64,000 nt of DNA from Vulcanimicrobiota bacterium (GCA_963795855.1 CAWCIZ010000002.1:96001-160000), one strand, 5' to 3'. Positions 10,155 through 21,721 are shown, counted from the first letter of the stretch. Program-made: numbers and translations. Notes: generated by a model from the letters alone, not told the origin.

Positions 10155-11665
10155 GGGCAGTGTTGCGCTGCGCGGCAGTGCGACGCATTTCGTCGATGAT
10201 GTGCGGGGCCAAGCCCCCCGAGTACACGTCGAAATGATCCCGCCCCGGCAAAACGCGGATCGATTCCGCGCCCGGCGGAAGCCGCTCCCCAAGCAGCGAC
10301 ACTGCTTTGTTCAGCGAAAAATTGTCGCGGTCTCCGACGATGATGTGCAGTTTGCCGCGCAATGCAGGTGCCAAACGCGTCCAGTTCGCGGACAAAATTC
10401 TGGAGAGATCGTACGCGCGCCACGCCTTCGCGACGGAAGGATCTATCGCGCCGGTACGCGGATCGAAAAGATTGCGCGGCGTCCCGTCGGCGCCGCGAGG
10501 ACTGAACACGGCGTCAAACGATGCGAGCTGGCCACCCCATGGCCCTTCCACCGATTCCAGCTTCACCGCTTGACGATTGGTGAGCACCGTGCGCGCGCCG
10601 TCCACTTGATACGCCGTTTGTCGTCCGCCGCGCGCGTAAAAGTTCGCGCCGGGCGCATAAATGTCGGTACCGAGAAAACTGCGGAAATCGACGGGGTCCG
10701 GCGAAACCGCCCATGCTCCCGCGAACAGCGCCGGATACTGCGTCTGCAGCCAAAGTGCGGACCACGCGCCCGAAGAGTGTCCCGTCAGAAACTGAGCATG
10801 GGGCTGCGTGCGAAACGTTCGCTGCACGTACGGCACCAAGTCATGAACGAATGCGGAAGCCCACGGACCATTGTTGGCGGAGTCTGCGAATTCGGTGTCG
10901 CCGAGCGAAGAGCTCGCATCGGGGTACACGAAAATCATTTTCGGCAGCGCGCTCGATCGCATCGCGTCGACGACTCGCCGCGCGTCGAACGGAGAGTTGT
11001 CGAACGCAGCCGAAGCGCCGGTTTTTCCGAACGCATGCAGCACGTACACGACCGGATAGCGGTCGCGTGTCTGTCCGTAGTCGGGTGGAACCGCGACGAC
11101 GGCGTGCATCTGGACCGGCGCGCGCGCAAATTGAGAGAGTTCCGGGCTCGGAATGCCGGCCGCGACGATTGAAGACCCGTACGGATAGGCTGCGCTGCCG
11201 AACGGGACGCCACACGTGAAGCGTTATGCGCGTTCCGCGCTGTACGCGCACTTGCGACACGCCGCTCACGTCCATTCCTTTGGTCAATCCGGAATACGCG
11301 TACGTGCCGTTCCAATCGATCAGCGCCATAACGGAGTACGTTCCGGCCGGCAAATCGTCGAGCGTCCCCGGATAGCCTGCAGAGCTACCGTCCAGCACGA
11401 CGGTGCTCCCCGGTCCCGCATCGTGCAGCGGCTGCGCGTAGATTGCGTCGTGCGATCCCAGTGTATAGCGCAGCACGTGCGAGGGCTGGCGCGAAAAAAT
11501 GACGATCGCACGGCCCGTTGCATGCCGTGCCAGTAACCAAGGCGCGATGTGAACGACGGCGCTGGTATGCCCGTCCGGCGAGGGAGCGGTAGACGCATTG
11601 ACGCATCCGCATAGTAGGCAGCCGGCCAAGCTGAGCGGCGCAAAGAATCGGAGCAATGCGCTCAT
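10135..11665 (-). CDS. Secreted esterase (alpha/beta hydrolase, Fes-like), frameshifted near 11110-11170
   Basis: YPVVYVLH, GHSSG nucleophile motif, GRDH; lipoprotein-like N-terminus in ORF 10841-11716. Confidence 0.8.
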
Positions 11666-11720
11666 CGTCCTATCGTAGGCGCTCGCGCCGGTCGGCGTAA
11701 GGCGCACCTTTACCATGCCG

Positions 11721-12284
11721 CTAGAAGAGCGGCAAAGTATCTACGAGCACTTCATGTGCCAATTGGAACGTCTCGGCATAGTGCTGTGCGTTCTGCAAGT
11801 CGACCAGGAGCGTTGGTACCCCTGCCGTTATTCCCGCTTCCAAATCCGCGACGCTTGCGCCAAGATATAAACTGTGACTCAAGTCAATTTTGAGGTTCGC
11901 AGCGGCGGATTGCAGCAATCCCGGAAATGGATGACGGCAGAGGCATTCACGTTCCAGCCCGTGCGTGCAATACAAAAATGCGGCGGTATCGATCCGGTGC
12001 TCGTTGAGAATCTCGACCGTTTGCAAAATGATCGCCCGGGCGTCGGCATCGCGAAGCGGAAGCTCCGGGGGTTCGGAATGGGCAAGAATTACGAGCGGCA
12101 CTCCCGCATCGGATATGTTTTTCGCATGGGACAAAAACAAGCGGTCGACGTGGCCCGACGTCCGCAAGCCGCCTTCCCGCTCGACCAATAACGCGCTGCT
12201 GTTGGTCGGGCGCTTTTTCGCGCGCCAAAGGATCGGACAAGGCGAAACCGCCGGCGCTTCTTGCCGGAGTGCGTCCCAATTCAT
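11721..12284 (-). CDS. Degenerate GmhB/HisB-like HAD protein
   Basis: CTH...CLCRHPFPGLL zinc motif; motif I reads LVEREG instead of xDRDG. Confidence 0.75.
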   Translation of the reverse strand: MNWDALRQEAPAVSPCPILWRAKKRPTNSSALLVEREGGLRTSGHVDRLFLSHAKNISDAGVPLVILAHSEPPELPLRDADARAIILQTVEILNEHRIDTAAFLYCTHGLERECLCRHPFPGLLQSAAANLKIDLSHSLYLGASVADLEAGITAGVPTLLVDLQNAQHYAETFQLAHEVLVDTLPLF

Positions 12285-12621
12285 CGACCAGCTCCTTTTT
12301 TACGAACCTACGCCATTAGGATTGGCGAACGAAAGGGCGTTCCAGCCTAAGTCTTGGTCCTATGCACGTCAACTTGCACCGCCGCCAAATGGGATGACGT
12401 AATCATAATGCGGTCCGATCGTCCCACTCGGACGTAGTCCAAAACGGCTATATAAAGCCGAGCGATGCTAGCAATAGTGATTCAGGTATTGGGTAAACGC
12501 CCCATCTGCAGATGATACGCCGGCCATGCGCGCGGGCGGCGCGCACCGCGTTATGCTCTTTGAAGCACAGCGCTGCTACGGAAGCAACTGTGTATATCAC
12601 CACCTCTAAGGACGTGAGGCG

Positions 12622-12774
12622 ATGGAGTACACCAAACCGGAAATCATGACCTCGTATGCAGTGATCGATCTGTATACATCAGCGTCGGGCTTTGCCTCGA
12701 CTCCGACTTGCACCGGCTCGTTCGACGACAACGGCATCGGCGCAAACTGCGACGACGGCGGATCGTACGGCTAA
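12622..12774 (+). CDS. Putative RiPP precursor peptide P1 (50 aa)
   Basis: MEYTKPEIMTSYAVIDLYTSASGFASTPTCTGSFDDNGIGANCDDGGSYG; AAGGA/GAGG upstream; own terminator; leader shared with P2 and P3. Confidence 0.88.
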   Translation: MEYTKPEIMTSYAVIDLYTSASGFASTPTCTGSFDDNGIGANCDDGGSYG

Positions 12775-12794
12775 CCGGCCGATACAAACGCCTT

Positions 12795-12831
12795 GAAGCC
12801 CTCCGCGCGCCCGCGGAGGGCTTCCTTTTTT
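12795..12831 (+). terminator. Intrinsic terminator after P1
   Basis: GAAGCCCTCCGCG-cgcc-CGCGGAGGGCTTC followed by a T tract. Confidence 0.9.
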
Positions 12832-12952
12832 ATAGTCCATATAACGGCCGACGGATGAGCCGTAGGAAGCTCGGAATCTGAGTACGACGCGCGTAGGCCC
12901 AGGGGCGGCGCGCGATTTACACTAAAAGCGGACACCGCTGCAGGAGGAAACC

Positions 12953-14190
12953 GTGTGGAGCACGTCTAGCGCGGCACGGGCTACGGTCGCTCGTCTTTTG
13001 GCGCCGCATACGATCGAAGAGTTCGCGCAGCGCTACTACGAGCGCGCGCCGCTGTACGTCGATCGCAGCGGCCGCGATGGCGTCTATTCACCTTACTTCA
13101 GCCTAAACGAGCTGGAGCGCGTTCTCTACGGCAGCGAGCTGCGTACGAAGGACGTCCGTCTGGTTCGCGACGGTTTGATGCAGCGCGTCGAGAGTTATAC
13201 CTTCTCGCGTTCCACCCGGAAAGCGGATGAAAAAAAGCCGCCCAGCGACGTCATCGACCACGATAAACTCAGCGTCCTTTTTGCGGCCGGCTGTACCGCG
13301 GTCTTCGATGCGTTGGACACGCATTCGATTACGTTGTCGAACCTGTGCCGCGAACTCGAAGCGTTTTTCGGCCACCGCGTCAATCCGAACGTTTACCTGA
13401 CGCCGGCGGGGAATCAGGGATTTGCGCCGCATTACGACACGCACGACACGCTGATACTGCAGATCCACGGCACCAAGCACTGGCGAATCTATGGTTCGGC
13501 ATTCGAGTCTCCCGCTCGACGACCAGCAGTACGACAAAAAAACGCACGCGCTGCCGGAGATTCTCTTCGAAGCCGACATGAAGCCCGGCGACCTGCTGTA
13601 CATTCCGCGCGGCTTCATGCACGAAGGCAAAGCAAACGCGGAACTCTCCCTTCACGTCACGCTCGGCGTGCACGCGGGTCGATGGGCGAATGTGGTGGCC
13701 GACGCAGTCGAGGCGATCGCCGAACGGGATCTCCTCTGGCGCAAATCCGCGATTCATGAAGCAACGGACGCCGAATTGGCGGAGATTCTTTCCCGGCTGA
13801 CGCCGGACGACTTGCGTCAAGCGCAACAGCGCATCGATCGGCGTTTCCGGACCCAGCGCAAAAATCGAGCTCGAGGGGCAGTTGCAGCAGATTGCGGCGA
13901 TCGGCGAATTATCGGCCGACTCGTTCGTCCGGCAGCGCGCGAACATCGTCTATGAGTTGCAGTCCGATGAGAAAAGCACGCACCTTTCCTTCTCGAGAAA
14001 AACGCTCACGTTCGGGCCGCAAGCGGCTGCGGTAATCCGCGAAATCGGCGCGCGCTCCGGCGTGCAGGTCGCCGAGCTGCTGCAGCACGACGAAAAGGCG
14101 CTCGGCGTCGTTCGCAAACTGATCCTCGAAGGATTCGCAGTGCAAGTTGCGCCCTCGGAAGTGCAGGGCCGCCCGGGAGCCGTTGCCTAG
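12953..14190 (+). CDS. JmjC/cupin 2OG-Fe(II) oxygenase (ROX/YcfD/NO66-like), two apparent frameshifts
   Basis: NVYLTPAGNQGFAPHYDTHD...GTKHW...PGDLLYIPRGFMH...SLHVTLG across ORFs 12953-13759, 13491-13955, 13882-14190. Confidence 0.88.
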
Positions 14191-14301
14191 TCCCGGCGTG
14201 CGTCACTCCCGGTATGCCCACGTCGCGATGGGTGAAAGTACCCACGCCTCCGTCGCCCGCGAGCGGGTGCGGATTCGCCCGTTTGGCGCTAGGATGAACG
14301 G

Positions 14302-15420
14302 GTGCGCATAGCATTCATCTGCCCGCTCCTGCCGCCGCATTACAATGGGTGCGGCGACGCCACCGATCGCCTCGCCCGTGAATTTCAGCAGCGGGGGTGT
14401 TCGACGCTCGTTCTGACGGATGACGTCGAAACGATTACGCACGCCTATCCGGCCCAGTCGATCGGGTCGTGGGATATTCGTTCCGTCGTCGAAACGAAGC
14501 GGCGGCTCGATGCTTTCCGGCCGGACGTCGTTTTGATGCAATACACCCCGTTTTTGTATCACCCGCGTTCTTCGTATCCGTTTCTCGCGATGAAAGCCTT
14601 GAGCGCGTACCGGCGCATTACGTACGTCCACGAATGCTTTTACTCAGCGGACAGCGCGGCGGTCCGGAGCCGTGCAAAAGCCGCCTATCTCACGCTGCGC
14701 GACAAAGCGGTGGTCGCGGCATCCGACACGATCTACGTGGCGAGCCCGCAACGCGCGTCTGCCTTACTCGAGCGAGCTCCGTACGCGCGCCACAAAATTC
14801 GGGTCGTGCCGTTCGGCGCAAACATCGAACCGCTTGCGCCGTTGCCGGCGCGCCGAACGGCACAAGCGCCGTTTCGGCTCGTCGCATTCGGCATCGTCAT
14901 GCCGCGCCGGCGCATCGAACTGCTGATTCAAACCGTGGCGGCGCTACGCGACGCCGGCATCGAGGCCTCGCTCGACGTGATAGGACGGGTTCAAGAAGCG
15001 GCATACCAAGAGCAGTGCGAAGCCATCGCGCTCGACCTCGCGGTAGCAGAGCGTATCCGTTTTCGCGGAGCCGTTCCGCCGCCGGAACTCGAAGCGGCAT
15101 TTGCACGGGCCGACGTTTTTCTCCACGCGGCGGAGGAGGGCGCGATCGCATCCGCCGGCAGCCTGCTCGCCGCACTCGCGCATGGTGTGCCGGTCCTGTG
15201 CGCGCGTACGCCGCACGACGACGCGCGCTTCGCAGACGCGGCCATTTTTGCCGACGCCGATGCTTCCTCAATGGCCGGCGCCTTCGAAAGCGCGCTATGC
15301 GATCCGGAGCAGTTGCGGCGCCGCGGCGCGCTCAGCCGGGCGCTCTACGACCAGGAATTCGGATGGGCGAGAATGGCCGACCGCATAGCCTCGGAAGCGC
15401 AGCTTCGCGCAGCCTCTTAA
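14302..15420 (+). CDS. Glycosyltransferase family 4
   Basis: MRIAFICP..P start; GT-B C-terminal region ADVFLH...EG...LLAALAHGVPV. Confidence 0.88.
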   Translation: MRIAFICPLLPPHYNGCGDATDRLAREFQQRGCSTLVLTDDVETITHAYPAQSIGSWDIRSVVETKRRLDAFRPDVVLMQYTPFLYHPRSSYPFLAMKALSAYRRITYVHECFYSADSAAVRSRAKAAYLTLRDKAVVAASDTIYVASPQRASALLERAPYARHKIRVVPFGANIEPLAPLPARRTAQAPFRLVAFGIVMPRRRIELLIQTVAALRDAGIEASLDVIGRVQEAAYQEQCEAIALDLAVAERIRFRGAVPPPELEAAFARADVFLHAAEEGAIASAGSLLAALAHGVPVLCARTPHDDARFADAAIFADADASSMAGAFESALCDPEQLRRRGALSRALYDQEFGWARMADRIASEAQLRAAS

Positions 15421-16394
15421 GCGGCGCTGTAAATGCGAGCGGCGTCGGTGAACCAGGCGACGGTTCTTGCAATACCTTCGTCGACGCTGATCGACGGGGC
15501 CCATCCGTACGAACGCGCACGCGTCAAATCCGGACGTCTGCGCATCGGGTCTTCCGGGCGCGCCGGTAGGTGCTCGGCGGTGAGTTGAACGCCGCAAGCC
15601 TTCGCAACGCGCTCGGCAATATCGAGGACCCGCAACTCTTCGTCGTTACCGAGATTCACGGGCGAGAGCCGATGCATACTTGATTGCGCGATGTGCAAAA
15701 TACCGCGAACGACGTCGTCGATGTAAGTGATCGAACGGGTTTGCTGGCCGTCACCGTGAATCGGGAACGCCTTGTCGTTGAGCGCGGCAGAAATGAGCGC
15801 GGGAATCAATCTCCCGTCATCGGCCTGCATGCGCGGTCCGTAGCAGTTGAAGAGCCGCACGATGCGCGCGTTCAAGCCGCGTTTGGCGACGGCGACGGAA
15901 ATCGCCGCCTCGGCAAAACGCTTGCCTTCGTCGTAGCATGCGCGGGGTCCGATCGGGTTCACATTACCGAAATACGTTTCGGGCTGCGGATTGACAAGCG
16001 GATCCCCGTACACTTCCGAAGTCGACGTAAAGAGCAGCAGGGCGTTTTGCTGCAGCGCAACGTCGATGAGCGCCATCGTGCCCAGTCCATTGACGCTAAG
16101 GGTCTCCCACGGGTGCGCTCCGTATGCTTCGGGGCTCGCCGGCGAGGCGAGATGGTAGATCGCCTCGAGCGGCTGGCGTATGGCCTTTTGCAATTCCGCG
16201 ATCGTCTGCGATGCGGGAGCCGCCACGTTCCAATACACGAATGTTGCGCCGCCTTCGCGAATTGCCCACTCGAGATTTGCGATGCGCCCGCTCGAAAGAT
16301 CGTCCATTACGATGACGTCTTTGCCGGATCGGCAAAGACGGTCGACCAAATGACTGCCGACGAATCCTGCGCCGCCGGTAACCAGAACCGCCAT
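15417..16394 (-). CDS. UDP-glucuronate decarboxylase (NAD-dependent epimerase/dehydratase)
   Basis: VTGGAGFVGSHL, HLASPASP, TSTSEVYGDP, GPRACYDEGKR. Confidence 0.92.
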   Translation of the reverse strand: MAVLVTGGAGFVGSHLVDRLCRSGKDVIVMDDLSSGRIANLEWAIREGGATFVYWNVAAPASQTIAELQKAIRQPLEAIYHLASPASPEAYGAHPWETLSVNGLGTMALIDVALQQNALLLFTSTSEVYGDPLVNPQPETYFGNVNPIGPRACYDEGKRFAEAAISVAVAKRGLNARIVRLFNCYGPRMQADDGRLIPALISAALNDKAFPIHGDGQQTRSITYIDDVVRGILHIAQSSMHRLSPVNLGNDEELRVLDIAERVAKACGVQLTAEHLPARPEDPMRRRPDLTRARSYGWAPSISVDEGIARTVAWFTDAARIYSAA

Positions 16395-16395
16395 A

Positions 16396-17715
16396 TTACA
16401 CCGTCTCCCCTTCGACTCGCTTGGGCAGCGCGATTATGCCGGAGAGCAGCCAAAATATCTGCGTAACCGGCGCATAGACGAATGGACCTTGCGTCCATAT
16501 TCCGCTCGTCAACAACGCGACTTGAACCGAAGCGAAGGTGATGTACGCGGCACGCGCCTCGGTTGAGACGGCCCGTTTTGAAGCTCGAATCGCGAGCGTC
16601 AAAAACGTGCCCTGGAAGACGAGCAAGATGATCAGCCCGGGAATGCCCGTCTGATAGAGCGTGGCATAATAAAGATTGTCGACGAGCAGCGGAGCTCGGC
16701 CGCCGCCCTTGTTGAGCCGGCCGCCGGCTCCGGTCGCACCAAGCCCGTTGCCGAACGGATGCCGTATGCTGCTCAATAAAGCGAGGTGCTCGCTGCGGGC
16801 TCGCGTCACGGCGCCGATATCGAGGCTGTCGCTCTGGTACCTGGCGCTCGACATGCCGCCGGTGGCCTTGAGCGCCAGCGGAATGGCGAGCAAGAGAATG
16901 CAGAACGCGACAACCGCTGGTACGCGCATCGACCGATGGCGCCACGACAGAATCAAGAACGCCAGCAAACCGGCGGCAAGCGCGGCGGCCGAGGCGCGAG
17001 CGGCGGAGAATTGCAGCGCGAGCGCCATGCTGACGAGACAGACGGTGAGCACGAGACGACCGAAACCGCGCGCGCGCGCCATCGCCCCTGCCGCGAGAAT
17101 GAATCCTACGCACGTCGCAAGACCCAGCGACGCCGGATCGACAAGCGTGCCGTACGCGCGCATGAAAGCACTGGTCAAGCCGCCCATACCCGCACTCTGG
17201 TATGAGGTAAAGCGGGACGACAAGACCGCGAGCGCCGGCGAGAGCGAGTTCCATGTATCGGGTGCGAGAGCCTGAAAGATGCCCGCAATCGTCGGGATCA
17301 TAATGCAGGCTATCGCAACGTTTATCGTTTTCGAAACGCGCCGCGGGTTGGTGAAAAACACGGCGCCGACGAAAAACAGTACGGAGAACAGGACCAACGC
17401 GCGAAATCCGGCGATACCCGTCGCGATGTCGCCGCTTCCGGGGTTGAGCACCTGCGCCGTCATGTATCCGATGTAGAGCCACCACGCCCAAAGGCCTTGC
17501 CACTTGCCTTTCGGCCGATCCCAGGGCCGAACCGCAAGCGTCACCAGCATCGCGACGACGAGCGCGAGAAGCGCAAAGTCCTTCATCACATAGAAGATCG
17601 TGTTTCCATGCGTGTTTTTCACGAATCCGTCTACGCACGAAACGAAGAGCAACGTCGAGGCGACGGCCGCCGTGGTAAGTCCTTTGCGGTTAATGGCCGG
17701 CTGGGCGTACAACAT
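16396..17715 (-). CDS. Wzy polymerase / O-antigen ligase family membrane protein
   Basis: Multiple TM helices; RAYGT, SAARAS, HPFGNGLG, DNLY...TGIPG. Confidence 0.85.
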   Translation of the reverse strand: MLYAQPAINRKGLTTAAVASTLLFVSCVDGFVKNTHGNTIFYVMKDFALLALVVAMLVTLAVRPWDRPKGKWQGLWAWWLYIGYMTAQVLNPGSGDIATGIAGFRALVLFSVLFFVGAVFFTNPRRVSKTINVAIACIMIPTIAGIFQALAPDTWNSLSPALAVLSSRFTSYQSAGMGGLTSAFMRAYGTLVDPASLGLATCVGFILAAGAMARARGFGRLVLTVCLVSMALALQFSAARASAAALAAGLLAFLILSWRHRSMRVPAVVAFCILLLAIPLALKATGGMSSARYQSDSLDIGAVTRARSEHLALLSSIRHPFGNGLGATGAGGRLNKGGGRAPLLVDNLYYATLYQTGIPGLIILLVFQGTFLTLAIRASKRAVSTEARAAYITFASVQVALLTSGIWTQGPFVYAPVTQIFWLLSGIIALPKRVEGETV

Positions 17716-17742
17716 CTACGAGTATCCTTAACGAGTAATCAA

Positions 17743-18433
17743 TCAGCGAGTGATGACGACTTCACCGGAACGCGTCGGAATCGGCAACGTCGGGACCTTG
17801 ATCTCGGGCTGCGCAGGCACCGTGACGGGCTCTTCCGCCGCGCGCACAACCGGTTCAGGACGGCGTTCTTTGCCCTCACCGACTGCAACGACGCCAAGGA
17901 TTTGTGCGCCGACGCGCCGCAGCGCGGCCGTAATCTCCTGATCCGCGGGCACGGGCCGGCGGCCGAATCGGAATGAGAGAATCACGCCGTCGCCGGCAAC
18001 TGCAAACTGCAGCGCAACCGGATTCGTCACGAGAACGCCCGCGTTGACGATCGTGACGTCGTACTTCGTACGCAGATTGTCGAGGACGGTGCGCATCTTC
18101 AGATACGACGTCGTGGTATGGGGAGCGCTCTCGGCGACTGCGACTGCCGACAGATTCTTGATGGTGCCGTTGACGGCGCTCCCGGGAATCGCAGCGAAAT
18201 CGCCGACCGCCGCGACCTTGAGTCCCAGTTCGTCCTTCAAGAGCTCGACCGCCGTACGGATCCACCACAACCGTGCTGTATCCGGAGTCCGCGAAAGCGC
18301 GGCTCAGTTCACAGGCAACGATCCCGGCGCCGTCCTCCGGTGCCGCGGCACCAATCACGATGACGGCCGGCGTGCGAACCATCGACTCGAGTGTGACGCG
18401 CAATGATGCGAATTCTTCGCTAACTGCTTTCAT
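17743..18433 (-). CDS. Wzc/CpsD-like tyrosine-kinase-fold protein, degenerate (frameshift near 18255)
   Basis: EEFASLRV...VIVI...LRTKYDVTIV...ILGVV; Walker A reads APEDGAG. Confidence 0.7.
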
Positions 18434-18449
18434 AGTAGACTCCCTTGCC

Positions 18450-19780
18450 TTAGTCGGTGGAAATGGTACCAAGTACCGGACGGCCATACAGGCTTTCGAC
18501 TCCGGCAACGGTGCGGATACGTGGATCCGTTACTTCGAGGAGGAACGCAAGCCCGAACGCGATGATAATGAAACCCGCGAGCGAACCGAAGATTGCGAGC
18601 ATCGAACGCTTATCGAGCGTTTGCGTCGCCATCTGCGCATGGTCGACCACGGTGACCGACCCGATGTCCGCTTCCTGCGCGGTCGTCGCGAGCGTGTCCG
18701 TATACCGCGAGGCCAGCGCCTGATATTCCGTTACGAGGAGATCGCGCTGACGACGCAGATCGCCGAGCTTCACACCCATGCCCGGAACCGCTTGCAAGTG
18801 ATCTTCCGTCTGCGATATCTGCGAATCGATCGCGTCCAGACGCGCCCGATCCGCCGCGAGTTTGGCGTCTATCGTGCCTTTCGACGACAACGCAGACGCG
18901 TACGTGGGGCTGAACGTCGTCGAAGAGGCTACGGCGGCTTTCTCTGCTGCAGCCAGTTCGCTCTTCTCCTGCGCAATCTGCGCCTTCAGACCCGCTAGGC
19001 CCGGATACGTTCCTTTGAACTGGGAACGAACGAGCGCGAGTTGCGCTTCATCGTTCGATTCCTGCGTGCGCAGGCTTCTGATAGTACGGATCGCTGGTGG
19101 TCTTCTCTTCATGCACGATTGGCGCGATTTCCGCTAGGTGGCGGGATTCGGCGCCGGCTTGTGCTTCGTCGCCGACCATTTCCGCTTGGAGGTTGTCGCG
19201 CTGTGCCTGCAATCCGAGGATCTGCTGCGCCAAAAACTTGAGCGGCGTCGGAATCCGCATTGTAGGGATCTTGAATCGTCGCCTTTTGCAGGTTTTGATC
19301 GACTTGCTCGATTTCGCCGCGCTTCTTCTTCAGTTCGTTTTGCAGATAGCCGGAAACCACGGTGAATCGCGTTGATGCGATCTGGCGATAGTAGTTGGAA
19401 AGTTCGACCGCTGCGGCGTTCGCCGCCCTGACGGCGATTTTCGGCGAACGATCCGAGTATGTAATCGGCATCACGTTGGAGCCGAAGTTCACGTGCGCCG
19501 TCAACTTCGTCTGGATTACCGCCAGCGGCTCGTCCAAGCGAAGATCGCGGCGAATGCCCTCGAGCACGTTCGTGCTCGTTGCAAGCGTCTGCAGATCGAT
19601 GCCGGTGGCAACGGGTGCAGCGCCCGCGCGCGAACTTATCGCGAGTACTTCCGAGGTAGCCGAATACTGCCGCGGCGCCGTCTTGAAAAGCAGGGCAGCC
19701 ACGACCACGCCGAAGACGACGACGTATGCGATGAGCCACCGCCGGCGCTTTAGAATATCAAGAACAGTCGAAAAGTCCAT
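18450..19780 (-). CDS. Polysaccharide co-polymerase (Wzz/GumC-like), frameshifted near 19110-19230
   Basis: ILKRRRWLI plus TM, coiled coil, C-terminal TM and DPRIRT...PVLGTI. Confidence 0.85.
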
Positions 19781-19792
19781 AGCGTTCTACTT

Positions 19793-21104
19793 TCAGCCAG
19801 CACTGGCAAGGGAAATGGAGTCGGCAATGGCGGCGCGGCCGATGCCGCGATACACGAGGCCCGCCGCGGCCACGCGTTCCGGATCCAAAAGGTTACGCCC
19901 GTCGACGACGAGCCTGCGGCGCAGGCGCGGCGCATATTGCGCTGGTTCGATCGATGCGAAGATCGGCCAGTCGGTGAGCACGACGAGCGCATCGGCATCG
20001 GCGGCCGCGAGCGGAGATCCAAGCACTTTGCAGGGCACGTGAAGCGGCAGCGCGTGAACGCCCGGGTCGTACGCCTGCAGCACGGCACCGCGCGCCGAGA
20101 GATCGTCGATGATGCGAAGGGCGAGAGAGTCGCGCACGTCACTGGTCCCGGCCTTGAAAGCAAGACCCCAGATTCCGATGGTGCGCCCTGCGAGCGATCC
20201 GAGCTCGGTCTCCAACTCTTTGACGACGACTTTGGGCTGCCGGTCGTTCACCTCGAGTATCGCGGACAAGAGGGTGCGTCCCGCTTGAAACTCGCCGGCG
20301 ACGTGCCGCAAACTCTTGACGTCCTTTTCGAAGCACGGGCCGCCGAAACCGATACCGGGATTGAGAAAGAGCGATCCGATTCGACGATCGTAGCCGACGC
20401 CGCGAAGCACTTCGTCCGCGTTCGCGTCTGCGCTCTGACAGAAGTTGGCGACTTCGTTTGCAAAACTGATCTTCAGCGCCAGAAACGCGTTGGACCAGCC
20501 CTTGATCAGTTCGGCCTCGCGCAGTCCCGTGACGACGATCGGCCATTGAAGCGGCTCGAACAAGCGCGCGTACGCAATCGCTGCGGCGTGGTCATTGCAC
20601 GCCGATGACGATCCGATCGGGATGCAGGAAGTCGTGAACCGCCGTGCCTTCTCGCAGAAACTCGGGATGATAAAGCACCGTGTGCTTGCCCTGCAGCCGC
20701 TTGACGACCATGTCGCTGGTCCCAGCCGGCACCGTGGAGCGCAGAACGACGATCGCCGACGGCGGCAGTTTGGCTGCGATAATCGCATCGATTGCGGCGT
20801 TCAGTCCGCGCAGATCCGCGGAGCCGTCGTCGGCCGAAGGCGTTCCGACGGTAAGCACCAGGAAGCGCGCGTCGGCGGCGGCGCGGGCAAAATCGTCGAG
20901 GAACGATATGCGGTTCTCCGCCAGATGTTTATGCAGCGCTTCGCTCAGCCCGGCTTCTTGATACGGCGTCACGCCGGCGCGCAAACCGGCGATGCGGTCG
21001 CGCAAAACGTCGTAGCCTCGGATTTCGCAGCCGAGTTCCGCTAGCCCGATGGCCGATGCCATGCCGACGTATCCGGTTCCGACGATGCAAATTTTACTGT
21101 TCAT
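19793..21104 (-). CDS. ugd: UDP-glucose 6-dehydrogenase (frameshift near 20595)
   Basis: IVGTGYVG, STVPAGT, PEFLREG, GFGGPCFEKD, GLAFKAGTSDVRDS. Confidence 0.92.
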
Positions 21105-21111
21105 GCGGTTA

Positions 21112-21720
21112 CTAGAATGCTCCATTAGCCGATATGACGGCCGTGAACGTGCGAGCGAGAAGGATGCCGTCGGTAATCGGCGAGGCGCTTCTGATGTAGT
21201 CGAGATCGAGCAATGTCGCTTCGGGCCTGGCAAGGGGGACGTTGGACCGATCGCTGATCTGCCACAGACCCGTGATGCCGGGTTCGACTAGGTGGCGAAG
21301 ATGCTGCCAGTTGTCGTATTGCTGAACGATGAACGGCATTTCAGGACGCGGCCCGACGAGCGACATGTCGCCGCGGATGACGTTGACGAGCTGCGGCAGT
21401 TCGTCGAGAGACGTCTTGCGCAGCCACTTGCCGACTCGCGTTATGCGCGGGTCGCCGGCATAGCTCGGGGAGACGCCGTAACCGCAGTTTTGCTTCTTCA
21501 TCGTTCTGAATTTGTAGATCGTGAAGGGGCGCTCGAAACGACCGACTCGCCGCTGTTTGAAGATGACGGGGTACCCATCTTCCAGTGCGATTGCGATTGC
21601 GCACATCAGCAATATCGGAAGTGCGATACACAGCGCGACCGCCGCAATGCCTGCGTTGAGGATACGGCGGACGCGCATGTATACGCGCTTCTCCCGGTAC
21701 ACGAGCGGAGCGATCGTCAC
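21112..21720 (-). CDS. Priming sugar transferase (Bac_transf family)
   Basis: [48 protein letters not shown]. Confidence 0.95.
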   Translation of the reverse strand: MTIAPLVYREKRVYMRVRRILNAGIAAVALCIALPILLMCAIAIALEDGYPVIFKQRRVGRFERPFTIYKFRTMKKQNCGYGVSPSYAGDPRITRVGKWLRKTSLDELPQLVNVIRGDMSLVGPRPEMPFIVQQYDNWQHLRHLVEPGITGLWQISDRSNVPLARPEATLLDLDYIRSASPITDGILLARTFTAVISANGAF

Positions 21721-21721
21721 T

